Positions 25,361-39,229 of a stretch of 64,000 bases of DNA are shown here, piece after piece. The position numbers were made by a program, and so were the translations under genes. This DNA is from Octopus vulgaris (lineage: Eukaryota): the NCBI GenBank assembly GCA_951406725.2, contig OX597815.1, positions 194,494,001 to 194,558,000 of the forward strand, written 5' to 3'. Position 1 is the first letter of the stretch. Every line of letters begins with the position of its first letter. A model generated the notes under the pieces. The model saw only the letters and a list, made by a program, of their open reading frames with translations, made no database searches and was not told the origin of the DNA.

Positions 25361-25679
25361 ATATATATATATATATATATATATATATCTTTTACCTTTT
25401 ATTCGTTTCAGCCATTAGAGTGCGACCATGCTGGGGAACGACCTTGAAGAAATTTTAGTTGACTGAATCGATCCCAGTACGTTGAAGACTAAGGTCATTA
25501 AAGAGTCACGTGTCTACACCAACATTGATGAAATTGTTACTTCAAGTGTCTATGAAGACAACTTTTGAGAGCAGACTACCAGGAGTCTGACGATTTTAGG
25601 ATCAGACGCGATGTAGTTTTGATAGAACTTACTACTAACATTTCGCAGGAGATTCTCTGAAACATAGGAGGTGTGTATG

Positions 25680-26040
25680 TGTGTGTTTGTGGATATGTGT
25701 GCATATATATATATATATGCATATATAACATGTAACTCATCTATACATACATATATATATATATATAACATACATACATATACATACATGTATATATATA
25801 TGTAGGTATGTATATATGAGTATGTATACTTATATATACATACCTATATATATATATATATGTATATACATACGCTATGTATATATCTATGTATATTATA
25901 CATGTATCTATCTATCTATCAATATATATATATATGATTTTCTGTAAGTATATATATATATATATATATATCATCTGTGTCTATGTATGTATGTATGTAT
26001 GTATGTATGTATGTATGTATGTTCGTATGAATGTGTGTAT
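25680..26040. repeat. Compound TA/TATG microsatellite
   Basis: Directly visible. Confidence 0.9.
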
Positions 26041-27242
26041 GTTTCCATTTCCGTATTAAGTATAGAAAGCCAAATTAACGATTTTAGCAACACGAATCAT
26101 TTACTTCGATAACATCTAAACTTCATCGTGTTTCAAGCGAAGTGGTCTTACAATTGAAACAGAAAACCGTCTTAAGTCACATTCATTTTTGATAAAGTAA
26201 CTCTCAGGATAAACTTTATACATTGCCAATATATTATGAATGTTGGATGACAGCCGAAGAGAAATTATATATTGTTAGTTTCACTTGGTATATGTGGGTG
26301 AAAACAACAACAATAAGATGAACAATGACCAAGCACAGCAACAACAACAACGGCAACAATGGATAAATAAGAGCCTTTGTCAGTTCAGATAAACAACGAT
26401 ACACGATCCGATGAAAAAAAAAAAGACCCTACGTGGTCGTTGCCCGATCTTCTAGAAATAGTTGCTATATCTTTCTCAAATCAGAGCTATTAATTAAAAA
26501 AAGGAGAGCAAGATATTGACATATAAAAAGTCCTTGATGTATGCAAATGATTTATCGGGAAAAGTAGCAGTGTAAAATATATAGGAATACGTACTATGAT
26601 TTCGTACTTCTCCCAGTTTACAATCTGAAGTCTCGTTCCAGTTTTAAACGATGGATTAATTATTCGTTTTCAATTCTGAAATGCAGCTGATATGCAGTTT
26701 CGTTCATTTGCGTTCAATGTTAAAATTTTTGGGAGTTTAAAATATACTATTTTATTCGATTTACGTCGGTAAAATAGCTACCAATAATATAATACTATCG
26801 ATTCAATCAAATATCTTTCTTTTCTTTTATCTTTTTTTTTTACTTGTTTCAGTCATTAGACTGGGGCCATGCTGGGGCCTTGCTCGGGCCACGGCTTGAA
26901 GAATTTTAGTCAAACGAATTGACGCCAATAAAATGACTTCATTTCTTGATCTACTACCACTACCAGCCCACAGTCAGCGCTATGGCGATCAGGCGCCATT
27001 AGGGTCACTAATATTGACTTGACAAGCGATGGTAGTGGGGAACATCCCCCCAGCTTTGGTCGGTCCGAGGCTATATTAGAAGACACTTGCGCAAGATGCT
27101 CCGCAGTGGGACTGAACTCGAAACCATGTGGTTGGGAAATTTCTAGAGGAGGAAGAGTTAACATTCAAAACAGTTGGTGTCTCAAGAAAATTGAGGTGGG
27201 AATTAAGATTTGTCTACAGGTGTGAAATACATTGTCATATAC

Positions 27243-27649
27243 GGTACTACTAGCGAACAGTGCGCGCATCCGTGCTAGCTAGTCGTAAGTAGTCGATCCT
27301 ACGACTTTTTAACCCTAAACCTAATTTTTTAACTCTAACCCTAGTTTGTTTATAAAAATAATTTATTTACTTTGCGTTTTATTTACTTTATTCAAAAAGT
27401 ATTTAATTTGTGTAAAAAAATTATAATTATATACATTGTTTTAAAAAATAATTTATTTACTTAGTTTTAAAAATTATTTACTTTGCGTTTTATTTACTTT
27501 GTTCGAAAAATATTATTTAATTTTCTTTGATATGTATTCAGCCTTGAAATACAAACATACGAGCAAGTCGTTGTAGGATCGACTACTTACGACTAGCTAG
27601 TGCGGATGCGCAAGTGCGCATACTGGGACCACTGTTCGCTAGTAGTACC
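27243..27649. mobile_element. MITE, Merlin-like (family M2)
   Basis: Long TIRs starting GGTACTACTAGCGAACAGT; perfect 9-bp TSD GTCATATAC at 27234-27242 and 27650-27658. Confidence 0.88.
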
Positions 27650-27841
27650 GTCATATACAACATTGGCAAATTGAAGTGGGATTAACGATGCTAGTAAGCC
27701 TATTAAAAATGGTAAGAGAGAGAAAAGAAAACGTCATTAGAGGTAATGAAAAACAAAGACTTCGAATGTAGGAAGATATCAAAAGGTTGTAACTGTTTAA
27801 TAAAAAAAAAACAACCTAAATTTGTAATATCCATGAATATA

Positions 27842-28003
27842 GGCGCAGGAGTGGCTATGTGGTAAGTAGCTTGCTTACCAACCACACGGTTCCGGGTTCA
27901 GTCCCACTGCGTGGCACCTTGGGAAAGTGTCTTCTACTATAGCCTCGGGCCGACCAAAGCCTTGTGAGTGGATTTGGTAGACGGAAACTGAAAGAAGCCC
28001 GTC

Positions 28004-28049
<46 letters not shown>

Positions 28050-28245
28050 TTGTGTGTCTGTGTTTGTCCCCCCAGCATCGCTTGACAACCGATGCTGGTA
28101 TGTTTACGTCCCCGTTACTTAGCGGTTCGGCAAAAGAGAACGATAGAGTAATTACTATGCTTAATAAGTCATGGGGTCGATTTACTCGACTAGAAGGTGG
28201 TACTCCAGCATGGCCGCAGTCAAATGACTGAAACAAGTAAAAGAG
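27842..28245 (+). mobile_element. SINE family B
   Basis: Homology to other B copies. Confidence 0.92.
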
Positions 28246-28524
28246 AGAAAAAAAGTTGCATTACATAGATAGGTGTCAGTCATAGCATTTTATCAAGGGT
28301 TAACGTGCTTCAGGTGTTCAGCCTTACATTAATACTTTTAAAAATCTCTAACGTGCAGCATTTTAACACGAACATAATTTCGATGACAAAAAACGGACAT
28401 TTTGAAAACATTAAGAGGTTTCACATTATTAGACTATACTACTTGTAACTAAACGAAAAATATTTGAGAACATTAAAAGAAAATAGTTACATTATTATCA
28501 AGGAATGCTACAAGTTTCAGTCGG

Positions 28525-28946
28525 GGATCTTTTCGGTTTGAACGGCAGTTTTTAAAAATAATTTCCACGTAACTAAACACTTTTAAACTTCGTATACAGG
28601 TAGAATGTGTTTATAAAACATTTTTTCTCTTGGCTTTATTGAGAAAATTCTATAGTTTGTAAGATATTTGTTGTTTTTTTTCTTCAATTTCTGCAATTTC
28701 AACCAATCAATGACGTCTATTGAGGTGAAAACATTCTGTGCCGTATGAATATGTCCCTCGTTTAAGAAACAGATTGGGTTTATTTACATTTCTGAAGATA
28801 AAAGATACCATTCCCCCCACCCCACCCTAACCAACCTTAACCCTAAAACACACCGAAATGCAATAGATCGATACTAGGGTAATAATTATGGGTGACAATT
28901 TCACATGACACCGCTAGAAAAACTGCCGTTCAAACGGAAAAGTTTC
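28525..28946. mobile_element. MITE family M1
   Basis: Same TIRs; perfect 8-bp TSD TCAGTCGG at 28517-28524 and 28947-28954. Confidence 0.9.
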
Positions 28947-29039
28947 TCAGTCGGTTTACAAAACGATTTGGTTACGCTGCAAGAAAATGGAAAAAATATT
29001 CGCATTAAATTAACCGGTTCCTTACAAAATTCATAAGGG

Positions 29040-29480
29040 GCTGGTTGATCTCTTGGCCATTTTAACCGAGTTTCAGTAGCAACAATGATATCTAAACCTT
29101 GTGCCCTGACGCCATTTAGGAAACGTACTTGTTTCCAGCTTGACGCTAGGCCACGTACATTTATACATCCTACGTGAACAGCCATTAAAATGACTTACCT
29201 CAGTCGGTGTCTGGAGGCGGATAACCCTCCGCCTCCTTTTCTTTTTCTCGGGCTCGCGGTGCCGGAGTGATGAGGCCCTCATATAGATTATCAGTAATGT
29301 CCAATATGGGAGGGCCTACATCGTTGCGAAATTCGTTAGCCAATATTTTATAGTTTTTCTTATCAGTCTTAAAGATGTGACATCCATTCAAACTTTCTGA
29401 GTTATCTATTTTTTCTGCATGAATCACTGCCAGCCGCTGGTTCGTTAGATCAAGATTCGAGGAATTTCAAGGTATCTTCT
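29040..29480 (-). mobile_element. L1/Tx1-like LINE fragment: ORF1 end and ORF2 AP-endonuclease start
   Basis: MAVHVGCINVRGL...GLDIIVATETRL matches the APE motifs NVRG and D(I/V)...(Q/T)ET; preceded by an ORF ending at 29200. Confidence 0.8.
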
Positions 29481-29487
29481 TGACGGT

Positions 29488-29986
29488 TTCTTTATTAGTC
29501 ACAATGGCCCAAACATAGAGGGGGACAAAGAAGGACAGACAGGACACCACAGAGGGGACAATACATAGAACGAATATGATAAAATCTTTATTATAATCCT
29601 ACGATTGTACATAGATTTGGACATAACAAGACAAACAATTACAAAGAATGTTATGAGAGTTCGAATGAAACTTAAAAATTTAGTTATAATATGACATAAA
29701 CGAAAACTTGGCTTACTTTTGCCTTTAAACGAATCATTGGCTTACTTTTGCCTTTATAACGAGAACTTAAGTGCGTTTTTTAAAAATAACATTAGAAGAC
29801 ATAACACATGTTAAAATGAAAAGGGGTAGAAGTGCAGGTTCCGAATTTTGAACCCGGCAGCCTAATTTTTCCTTTCTTTGATGATTAAGCTGGGTTACTA
29901 ACACCCACCTTTCTCATCACATCCTTCCAACGTTTCACATACTCTTTCTGTGGCAGGCTCCTCTTCTCCAACCCCATCTTGCTGTT
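29488..29986 (-). mobile_element. Probable L1/Tx1-like LINE 3' end (ORF2 C-terminus and 3' UTR)
   Basis: KMGLEKRSLPQKEYVKRWKDVMRKVGVSNPA*, then a T-rich UTR ending GTCTGTCCTTCTTTGTCCCCTCTATGTTTGGGCCATTGTGACTAATAAAGAAA; 16-bp direct repeat at 29565-29580 and 29987-30002. Confidence 0.55.
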
Positions 29987-31202
29987 ATAGAACGAATATG
30001 ATGAGATGATTATACAATAATGGGGTTATGAATGGCTGCATGCTCCCCTCATCACATGCATTACCATTAATCTTTTTAAACTGTCCGTTTTTATCATGTA
30101 TTTACATAACAACTAATTATCGTCTACTATTACAATTATTTGAACAGTTATACGTTCTCTAAAATTGTTCTTCTATTTTTCCGATTTATTAAACATAACT
30201 TAAAACACTTACTCTTTCTTTTTTCTTTTCCTGTCGATTTGACATACTTATTTACCTTTTAGTAATATTTCATTAGTGGTTCAATTTCTATTAAATCCAC
30301 TACTGGTGGCAATTCTTTGAATTCCACCCTTACTCCTGGTGGGTCAATATTATCTCCACACATTTCTTTCAGTCTTTTATAACTTTCCTCCTCAATCACT
30401 GTCCCCTTCATATATATATGCTGGTACCTTTGCGCTTACTATTTGGTTGAACTGACGTCAATGGTCTAGGTGGGGTATTATCCTTTTCCTCAGTTTCTTC
30501 TATTAATGTTTTATTCAACAATTTTTTCTACTTCTTCTTCACTAAATAACTTATCCATATTCGAGCTTGCTATAATGCAAGCCTCCCCACACGGGGGCAA
30601 AACACAAAAAGAAAGTTTTCAAAAACAGTCCAACAAAGGTTTCCACAAATAACCAAATGGTTTCAACAAAAAATTTCAAAACAATGAAACGCCCACCTCT
30701 TCGTAAACAGCAATCCAACAATAATTCAAAACATAACTGGTTCGCTCTAATTGAGGAGTTAGATTTCATCCAGGAACATCCGGGTTCTAACAATGCAAAA
30801 ACAAAATTAATGCTAATTGATTTTTTATTACCCAAAAGGGGCCAACGAAGAATAAACTATACAATCTGGTTTTGGGGTCAGATGAGCGAATGATTATACA
30901 AAAAAATGACATTAAAAATTTAATATTCAAAGCCGGCCATAGGGAGAACCCGAAATAAAATAATAATTATAAGTGCGAATCACGAGTCAAATTTTATATT
31001 TTTGTCTCTCTGGATAAGTTTTTTATTTGAAATGTTTCACTTCATTCATCATGTGACTTTCCTCCTCGACAGAGCCAGTGTCATCGTTTTCACTTTTTCA
31101 TGATCTCTGCCTTTCCAACTCTGACCCTCAGTCTGGTTTTCACTGATCACTCTCAATTAAATTCTTTGATATCTCTGCACATTTTGAACATTCTAGGGTT
31201 TT

Positions 31203-31380
31203 ACTCTTTTACTTGTTTCAGTCATTTGACTTTGGCCATGCTGGAGCACCGCCTTTAGTCGAGCAAATCGACCCCAGGACTTATTCTTTGTAAGCCTAGT
31301 ACTTATTCTATCGGTCTCTTTTGCCGAACCGCTAAGTTACGGGGACGTAAACACACCAACATCGGTCGTCAAACGATGTT

Positions 31381-31422
<42 letters not shown>

Positions 31423-31554
31423 ATATATACGACGGTCTTCTTTCAGTTTCCGTCTACCAAATCCAGTCACAAGGCTTTGGTCGGCCCGAGGCTATAGTAG
31501 AAGACCCTTGCCTAAGGTGCCACGCAGTGGGACTGAACCCGGAACCATGTGGTT
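31203..31554 (-). mobile_element. SINE family B, 5'-clipped
   Basis: Homology to other B copies. Confidence 0.9.
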
Positions 31555-32029
31555 ACAATGTTCAGACGCTTTTACGGCTACTCTACTGCTCATCGTACAT
31601 CTGCTTATTCAGTAGGCATCATTTGACACAGCACCCAAAGAAGGAAGGATACCCAAAGACAGAAGAGCAACTGAAGAAGCAACAGTTGACTCTGAACGAT
31701 CAGGAATAAACGACATCATTGTTTCACCCCCGTTATTACTTTGATATGTTTCGACAGTTTCCCTGTTGGGTATCATTTGACAAATGTCTTTCCAATGATA
31801 TCAGTGTCGGGCACTCCGCAATAGCAGAGGGGACCCGAAATTATACCCCCACCACTCTATATATAATGAGTGCCAGTATTTGTGAATCAGGTCTGGTACT
31901 CTACTTTTCGAATGTTTGGTTTACCTCGAATTGTATCCAATTTGAAGAAGTTCTTCCCATACACACACACTTCGGAATGAAATACTATAAAGTATTTACA
32001 CCGTATTCACAGATACTGGCACCCATTAT

Positions 32030-32616
32030 ATATAGACTTAATCCGTTTGTCTGTCCTTGTTTGTCCTCTCTGAGTTTAGCCCCTTGTGGGTAGTAAAGAA
32101 ATAGTTATTTTGTCTGCCGTTACGTTCTGAGTTCAAATTCCGCCGAGTTCGACTTTGCCTTTCATCCTTTCGGGGTCGATAAATTAAGTACCAGTTACAC
32201 ACTGGGGTCGATATAATCGACTTAATTCGTTTATCTGTCCTTGTTTGTCCTCTCTGTGTTTAGCCCTTTGTGGGTAGTAAAGAAATAGGTATTTCGTCTG
32301 CCGTTACGTTCTGAGTTCAAATTCCGCCGAGTTCGACTTTGCCTTTCATCCTTTCGGGGTCGATAAATTAAGTACCAGTTACACACTGGGGTCGATATAA
32401 TTGACTTAATCCGTTTGTCTGTCCTTGTTTGTCCTCTCTGTGTTTAGCCCCTTGTGGGTAGTAAAGAAATAGGTATTTCGTCTGCCATTACGTTCTGAGT
32501 TCAAATTCCGCTGAGTTAGACTTTGCCTTTCGGGGTCTATAAATTAAGTACCAGTCGCATACTGGGGTCGATCTACCTCAAAATTTCGGGCCTTGTACCT
32601 AGAGTAGGAAAGAATA
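32030..32616 (+). mobile_element. SINE family C tandem array (~3.5 units)
   Basis: ~183-bp units joined AAAGAAATA|GGTATTTCG; last unit carries tail (ii). Confidence 0.9.
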
Positions 32617-34671
32617 TATATCACACATGGAATTAAAGCAGTACTTCATGGTCAACCCGCTCACCATTCCTTCTCTATTCCGATGCAAGTGTTCAACGTA
32701 ACTTGAGATATTGTCTGCTACATAAGGACCAATTTGCTTTTCATCAATAAATATTCAATAGCTTCACTGATGATTTAAAGTACTCTTCTTGAGTTGCCCT
32801 CACTTGTAAATACCTTTCCAAAAATCTTATTTAAGAGATATTACACCTGTAAGTTTTCTTTTGCACGTGTCTTGACTGTAGCTCGTGTTTGAAATCACAA
32901 TATCATATCGAGTGTTAGCATGGCGAGCTTAAATTGTAATAATGTAGGCGTCAGATATGTACGTGTGTTTGTTTGTGTTTTTTGTGTGCGTGTGTGTAAG
33001 AGAAAGTAGAAGAAAGGAAGGAAGAGATGAAGATGAAGTGTGAAAAGATAGAAAGAAAAAGAAAAAGAGGTGAACTATGATGAATTCGGTCGAAAGAAAG
33101 AGTAAGTAGAAAGACCTCGACTTACAAAAATGGTTGGATTGATATCTAGAGTGATACAATAGCTTAAGTTAGTAGGATAAGAAAATATTGATTGAATTTC
33201 TTTCTTGGCCAATCTCTATAATTTATTTTCTACCACAAAAATTGCACACAGACAACAATGAAAAACCTATTAATATGTTTCCACGAATGAGGTTTTAATA
33301 TTAGATTTATTGAATTGTTTCTTTAAAAAATACTTTTTCTTATATAATAGTTTTGCCGAAGGTTTTGGTTTGATCACATATAAAAATCTATATTTTCCTC
33401 AGAGATGATATTTACATTTTTCACTCACGCTTTTGCACCCAAGATTCTATCTACCACACTTTATTTTTATCTTAAGCTCTTACTTCTCTCGGGTATATTA
33501 TTCACATATCTCGCTTTTTTTTATTACATTCAAGTTTCTATATTCCTCGCCCCGTCTTCACTTAATTTCACTCTGTCCACTCTCTCCTTCATTCTCCGTA
33601 ACTACCTGACTACTCCTTATAAATCTGTGAATAAGTATTCACACGAAAACAAATCTACATCAGAATTAACACACAGTTCAGAGGTTCTACCCTTTTATAG
33701 AACTAATCAACGCAAGCTTCTAAATAAAAGTGATATATCTTAGAAGCTATTCTTGGAACAGCTAATCTACATGCGCAGACTACTTTCTTTTATCTTCAGT
33801 TTTACCAGAATCAAATCTATTTCGAAAGTTAAAGTGGGAAGTGTAGCAGAAATAAAGCTAACGAAAGCTATTATTTGAGAAAAGGATTGGCGGATAAGCT
33901 GTTGAATTCTCGTCTGAAAATATTGCATCTTCATTCGTTCAGAAAGATTTTTTCGTCTTTCATATACTGTCTGTCACGCACTGCAATTTGATGGTATACT
34001 TTCATTCCTAGCAATTTCCTTTGAAGCAGCATACTTAAATTTGATAAGTGTCTGGCAAAATAAGAAAGATGATGTAGCAGCGATGCAAGAAATTCTTGAA
34101 ATTAAGTGAGTTTGAGGCAAACTTCACGGTCTTAGAATAAGACCAGAACAGTGATGGAGAGTAACTGGGTCTGTTAATGTACATGGTATATGCGCGTGTG
34201 TGTGTGTGTGTGTGTGTGTGTATGTATAGGAGGATGTGTTCCTCAGATGCAAAGTTGGTATAATTAGATAAACAATTGCCCTTTTTAGAAATAAGACTTT
34301 CTAGTTCTTTTATTATGTTCTGTTGCATGTACGTGAGTCAATGTCCGCTACAATTATTTGTATATAATCGAAACCCATAAATACACCGTATGCATTTAAC
34401 ACTAAATCCCCACCCCATCTTATAAGCAGTTTGATATTGGTGGCGGTGGTGGTGGTGGGGTGGGGTCGGGTGGTGGGGCTATGTTTCGTATCAGGTCTGA
34501 ACGTATTACATATTGAAATCCCAGTGAACATTTCGAAATTTTTCACTAATTTATATTGGTTTCTAATGCCAAGCCGAAGGGTGAACGGAAAAACATGCCA
34601 GCACACACACACACACACACACACACAAACGCACACGCAAACATACACACGTATACTAAGTATGAATGCTG

Positions 34672-34801
34672 CAGCTACCACCACCACTACGATAACAACG
34701 ATGACGACTCTCTCCACCACCACCACCACTACTACTACTACTGCTGCTGCTGCTACTACTACTACTACTACTACTACTACTGCTACTACTACTACTACTG
34801 T

Positions 34802-34841
<40 letters not shown>

Positions 34842-34880
34842 GCTACTACTACTACTACTACTACCACTACTACTACTACA
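34672..34880. repeat. (CTA)n/(CCA)n trinucleotide repeat
   Basis: Directly visible. Confidence 0.97.
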
Positions 34881-35239
34881 GTGTATGTGCAAAATTCATC
34901 TCTATCGGTTTCGTTGATGTATTGTTCTTTCAACAGAACAATCTACTTATTGATTACACTGTGTTACACGATTTTTTTGCCCTTGGGGAGCGACTGTTAT
35001 TTCCTACTTGCTTACTCCTAGAAAGTATGAAAATTGGCCAATATTTTTCTTCAAACTTTGCTTTCGTTACATTCATTCACTCAAATCCCAAAGAATCCTT
35101 CTCAACACATGGCTACGATGCTCCTTCACTATTCCTGCTCCTGATCAGAGATACACACATATAGTCAGCCACTAAGGGATATGATCAAGTGGTAAAGATC
35201 AAGCAACTGATAAGAAAATCTGTGGCATTAAGCAGAATA

Positions 35240-35638
35240 TCTTTATATATAAAAGTGAAGTTGTGTGTCTGCCTCCTATGATTTAGATTCCTAACTACTC
35301 CCACATTTTGCGGTGCAGTTTAACCAAAACCGGGTATCTTATAGTCGTGATTCATATCGAGGCCTTCTGTGCATTAGCGCGCGTCTACGATGAGACTACG
35401 ATTTAAAAAAAAAATTACCATCATTTTTTTCCATTTTAATGCATTTGTTTCGCTATTATATAAGGGAAGTAACTCTCTAAAAATGTCTACGATGAGTCAA
35501 CGATTTTTTAAAAAAATGACCATAATTTTTTTTCCATTTTTAATGCATTTTTTTGCTATTTTCTGGCTATAACTCTCTAAAAATGCTTATATAGTTATTT
35601 CCCTTACAAACCAGAGCAACGCCGGGCGATACTGCTAG
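35240..35638 (+). mobile_element. Non-autonomous Helitron
   Basis: A|TC...CTAG|T; homologous to 19291-19603 with an extra internal duplication. Confidence 0.87.
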
Positions 35639-36204
35639 TTTGCTATAACGATATTTCTGCTTCAGTAAATCAGCGCTGAATCTGTCTGAAATGTAATGGA
35701 AAATGAAGTCAGTTTGAAAATATTGATGTTCACGTCAGAAAAGTTTGAAGGAAATAGTAGTAATTTCCTTTGATTTCTAGGTAGAAGTAAATAGAAAAGA
35801 ACACTCACTGAACAAAAAAGAGAAAGAAAAAAGCAGAAAGAAATCTTTTGTTAGTGTAATATAATTTATTTTATCATTTCACTATCCACTCCATTCTACT
35901 GCACAGTCACAATCAAGTTATTTTCTTACGGGCAATGACCACGTTATCTAACGTGTTCTATTTTCTTTAAGGATGTAGATGTTTGGGGAAAATAATGGTA
36001 CCTTCGTTGGCTGTGATAACTTAAAAAAATTATAGATGGGAGTTGAGTAGAAAGGCAGGAAAACTAGTTAATGATATATTTTAGTGGGTCTGATGTACAC
36101 AGTTTATTGAGAGTTATAAAATCGTTAAACTGATGTTGGGTTCAAATTTTCGTACAGGGCTAGTAATATTGGTGGGGTGTGTGTATGCTCAACTTTTTTT
36201 TGCT

Positions 36205-36454
36205 CCCTTTTCAAGCCTAGCCAGGCAGGCTCATGGGCCCGGTTTCCCGGTTTCTTTGGCGTATGCCCCCCACCCCCAGCTGAACGGGACGCCAGTCCAT
36301 CGCAGCGTTACTCAAGAAGAAAGAGTGAGAGAAAGTTGGGACGAAAGAGTACAACAGGGGTCGCCACCAACACACACAACGCCCGGTCTGGGAATCGAAA
36401 CCGCGATCCTCTGACACGAGTCCGCTGCCCTAACCAATTGGCCATTGCGCCTCC
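36205..36454 (-). mobile_element. SINE family A (A1-type tail, internally shortened)
   Basis: tRNA-like head at 36380-36454 and A1-like tail. Confidence 0.8.
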
Positions 36455-36464
36455 AAATGTGCTC

Positions 36465-38250
36465 AACTGGTCCTTATTTTATCGACTGCGACAGGATGAA
36501 TGGCAAAGCGGACCTCGGTGAGATTTGAACTCAGAACGTACAGACGAACGAAATGCAGCTAAGCATTTTGCGTGCTAACCATTCTGCCAGCCGGCCACCT
36601 TAATCTTTAATATAATACTGATTTCAAATTTTGGCACAGGGTCAGCAATTTCGTGGGAGGCGATAAATCGATTACATCGATCTCCGGTCTTCAACTGATA
36701 GTCATTTTATCAATTGTTTTCTACTCTAAGCACAAGGCCCGAAATGTTTGGGGGCGGAGGGCGGTCGATTAGATCGACCTCAGTACGCAACTGGTACTTA
36801 ATTTATAGACCCCGAAAAGATGAAAAGTAAAGTCGACCTCAGCGGAATTTGAACTCAGAAAGAGAAGACAGACGAAATACCTATTTCTTTACTACTCACA
36901 AAGGGCTAAACACAGAGAGGTCAAACAAGGACAGACAAACGGATTAAGTTGATTATATCGATCCCAGCGTGTAACTGGTACTTATTTAATCGACCCCGAA
37001 AGGATGAAAGGCAAAGTTGACCTCGGTGGAATTTGACCTCAGAACGTTGCGACAAACGAAATACCGCTAAGCATTTCGCTCAGACGCTAACGTTTCTGAA
37101 CCATTCTAATTATATTCTTTTCTGCCCTAGGCACAAGGCCCGAACTTTTTGGGGAGGGGGCCAGTCGATTACATCGACCTCAATACGCAACTGGTACTTA
37201 ATTTATCGACCCCGAAAGGACGAAAAGCAAAGTCGACCTCGGCACAATTTGAACTCAGAACGTGAGGAGAGACGAAATACCACTAAGCAGTTTGCTCTGC
37301 ATGCTAACGTTTCTTATTTCTTTACTGCCCACAGGGGGTTACACACATAGGGAGCAAACAAGGACAGACAAAAGAATTAAGTCGATTATATCGACCCTAG
37401 TTCGTAACTGGTACTAATTTAATCGACATCGAAATGATGAAAGACAAAGTCGACCTCGGTAGAATTTGAACTCAGAACGTAGCGGCAGACGAAATACCTA
37501 TTTCTTTACTACCCATAAGGGGATAAACACAGAGAGGACAAACAAGGACAGACAAACGGATTAAGTCGATTATATCGACCCCAGTACGTAACTGGTACTT
37601 ATTTAATCAGCCCCGAAAGGATGAAAGTCAAAGTTGACCTCGGCGGAATTTGAACTCGGAACGTAGCGGCAGACGAAATACCTATTTCTCTTTCTTTACT
37701 ACCCACAAGGGGCCAAACACAGAAGGCACAAACAAAGACAGACAAAAAGATTAAGTCGATCATATCGATCCCAGTGCGTAACTGATACTTATTTAATCGA
37801 CCCCGAAATGATAAAAGGCAAAGTTGACCTCGGCGGAATTTGAACTCGGAACGTAGCGGCAGACGAAATACCTATTTCTCTTTCTTTACTACCCACAAGG
37901 GGCCAAACACAGAAGGCACAAACAAAGACAGACAAAAAGATTAAGTCGATCATATCGATCCCAGTGCGTAACTGATACTTATTTAATCGACCCCGAAATG
38001 ATAAAAGGCAAAATCGAGTTCGGCGGAATTTGAACTCGGAACGTTGTGACAGACGAAATACCTATTTCTCTTTCTTTACTACCCACAAGGGGCCAAACAC
38101 AGAGAGGACAAACAAGGACAGACAAACGGATTAAGTCGATTACATCGACGCCAGTGCGTAACTGGTACTTATTTAATCGACCCCGAAATGATAAAAGGCA
38201 AAATCGAGTTCGGCGGAATTTGAACTCAGAACGTAAAGACAGACGAAAAC
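36465..38250 (-). mobile_element. SINE family C tandem array (~9-10 units, mixed tails)
   Basis: Repeated ~183-190-bp units; exact 190-bp spacing at 37681, 37871 and 38061. Confidence 0.92.
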
Positions 38251-38718
38251 CGTGTATATATTACGAGAACTGATTGGTACCAATCGAAACTGGAAAAATA
38301 AAAGAAAATGTAGCTAAAACGAAAAAAAAAAGAATAAATAAAACAATAATCTAAATGCCGTATCTAACTGTTCACTGATTAGGCGCCAATATGTCGCTAG
38401 TTAGGAAGCAAAAGATTTTAATAAATTTTTATTCTACTTTTAATTCGTTTCTTCGTTCGTTAATGTATTCCAATCGCTTTGGAATAGAATTGTACGAAAA
38501 TACCGTGTGAGTATGTATATGCATGTATGCACGCACACACTCACACACACGCACACACATATTATCTGTATGTATATTTGTGCAGGTGTATGCGTATATG
38601 TATGTATATACACGCACACACTTAGGCCCTGTATGTACGTGCTGTGTGTATGCTTGTGTGAGTTTTTGCGCTGGTGTAGGAGGAGAGAAAGAGTGATTGA
38701 ATAAGAAAGAGGGAAAAA

Positions 38719-38753
<35 letters not shown>

Positions 38754-39229
38754 GCAGAGAGAGTTAAAGACAGAATCGGATAGACAGAAACGGTTTTTGA
38801 AGAAACATAATTGATTACATAGAGGAAATCAAATCTATACCTGTACTTCGTAGATAGTATGGTGACACGAAACTTCCTACGTCGGCATTATCAGATAAAA
38901 CGGTTCTCGAATTATGCCAACTTACAGTGTGTCACAATAATTCTAATACTTTATTTCTGAAATAAAACTACTACTAAATAACACATCAGCGAAGCATATT
39001 TTTTAAAGACATTTTTATGTGGAAGATGTGAATACGAAAATAGATTTGTGTTTGTTTTAACATCTCCGTTGATGAATTTATTTCGCAACTAGGGAGCTTA
39101 TGAGCAAAGAAGAGAGAGCTTCCTTGTGATCACACGGCAGCAACTAAAAAGATTTCAAATATCATATCTTGTCGTGGTAAAGCGGAAAGGAAAAAACACA
39201 ATGCGACAGTCAGGACCGGCTTGCTGATC

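Noticed and set aside
30230-30900. Possible additional LINE ORF1/5' UTR on the minus strand
   Set aside because: No diagnostic motif; cannot be supported without a database search
31665-31800. Possible hammerhead remnants (CTGAAGA..GAACGATCAGG on +; ACAG/CTGT-CGAAAC on -)
   Set aside because: Each lacks half of the conserved core; too degenerate to call
36465-38250. CRISPR-like array
   Set aside because: Units are whole SINE bodies with no unique spacers, there are no cas genes, and the context is eukaryotic
38923-39110. Tc1-like end TA|CAGTGTGTC
   Set aside because: No matching second TIR or transposase found
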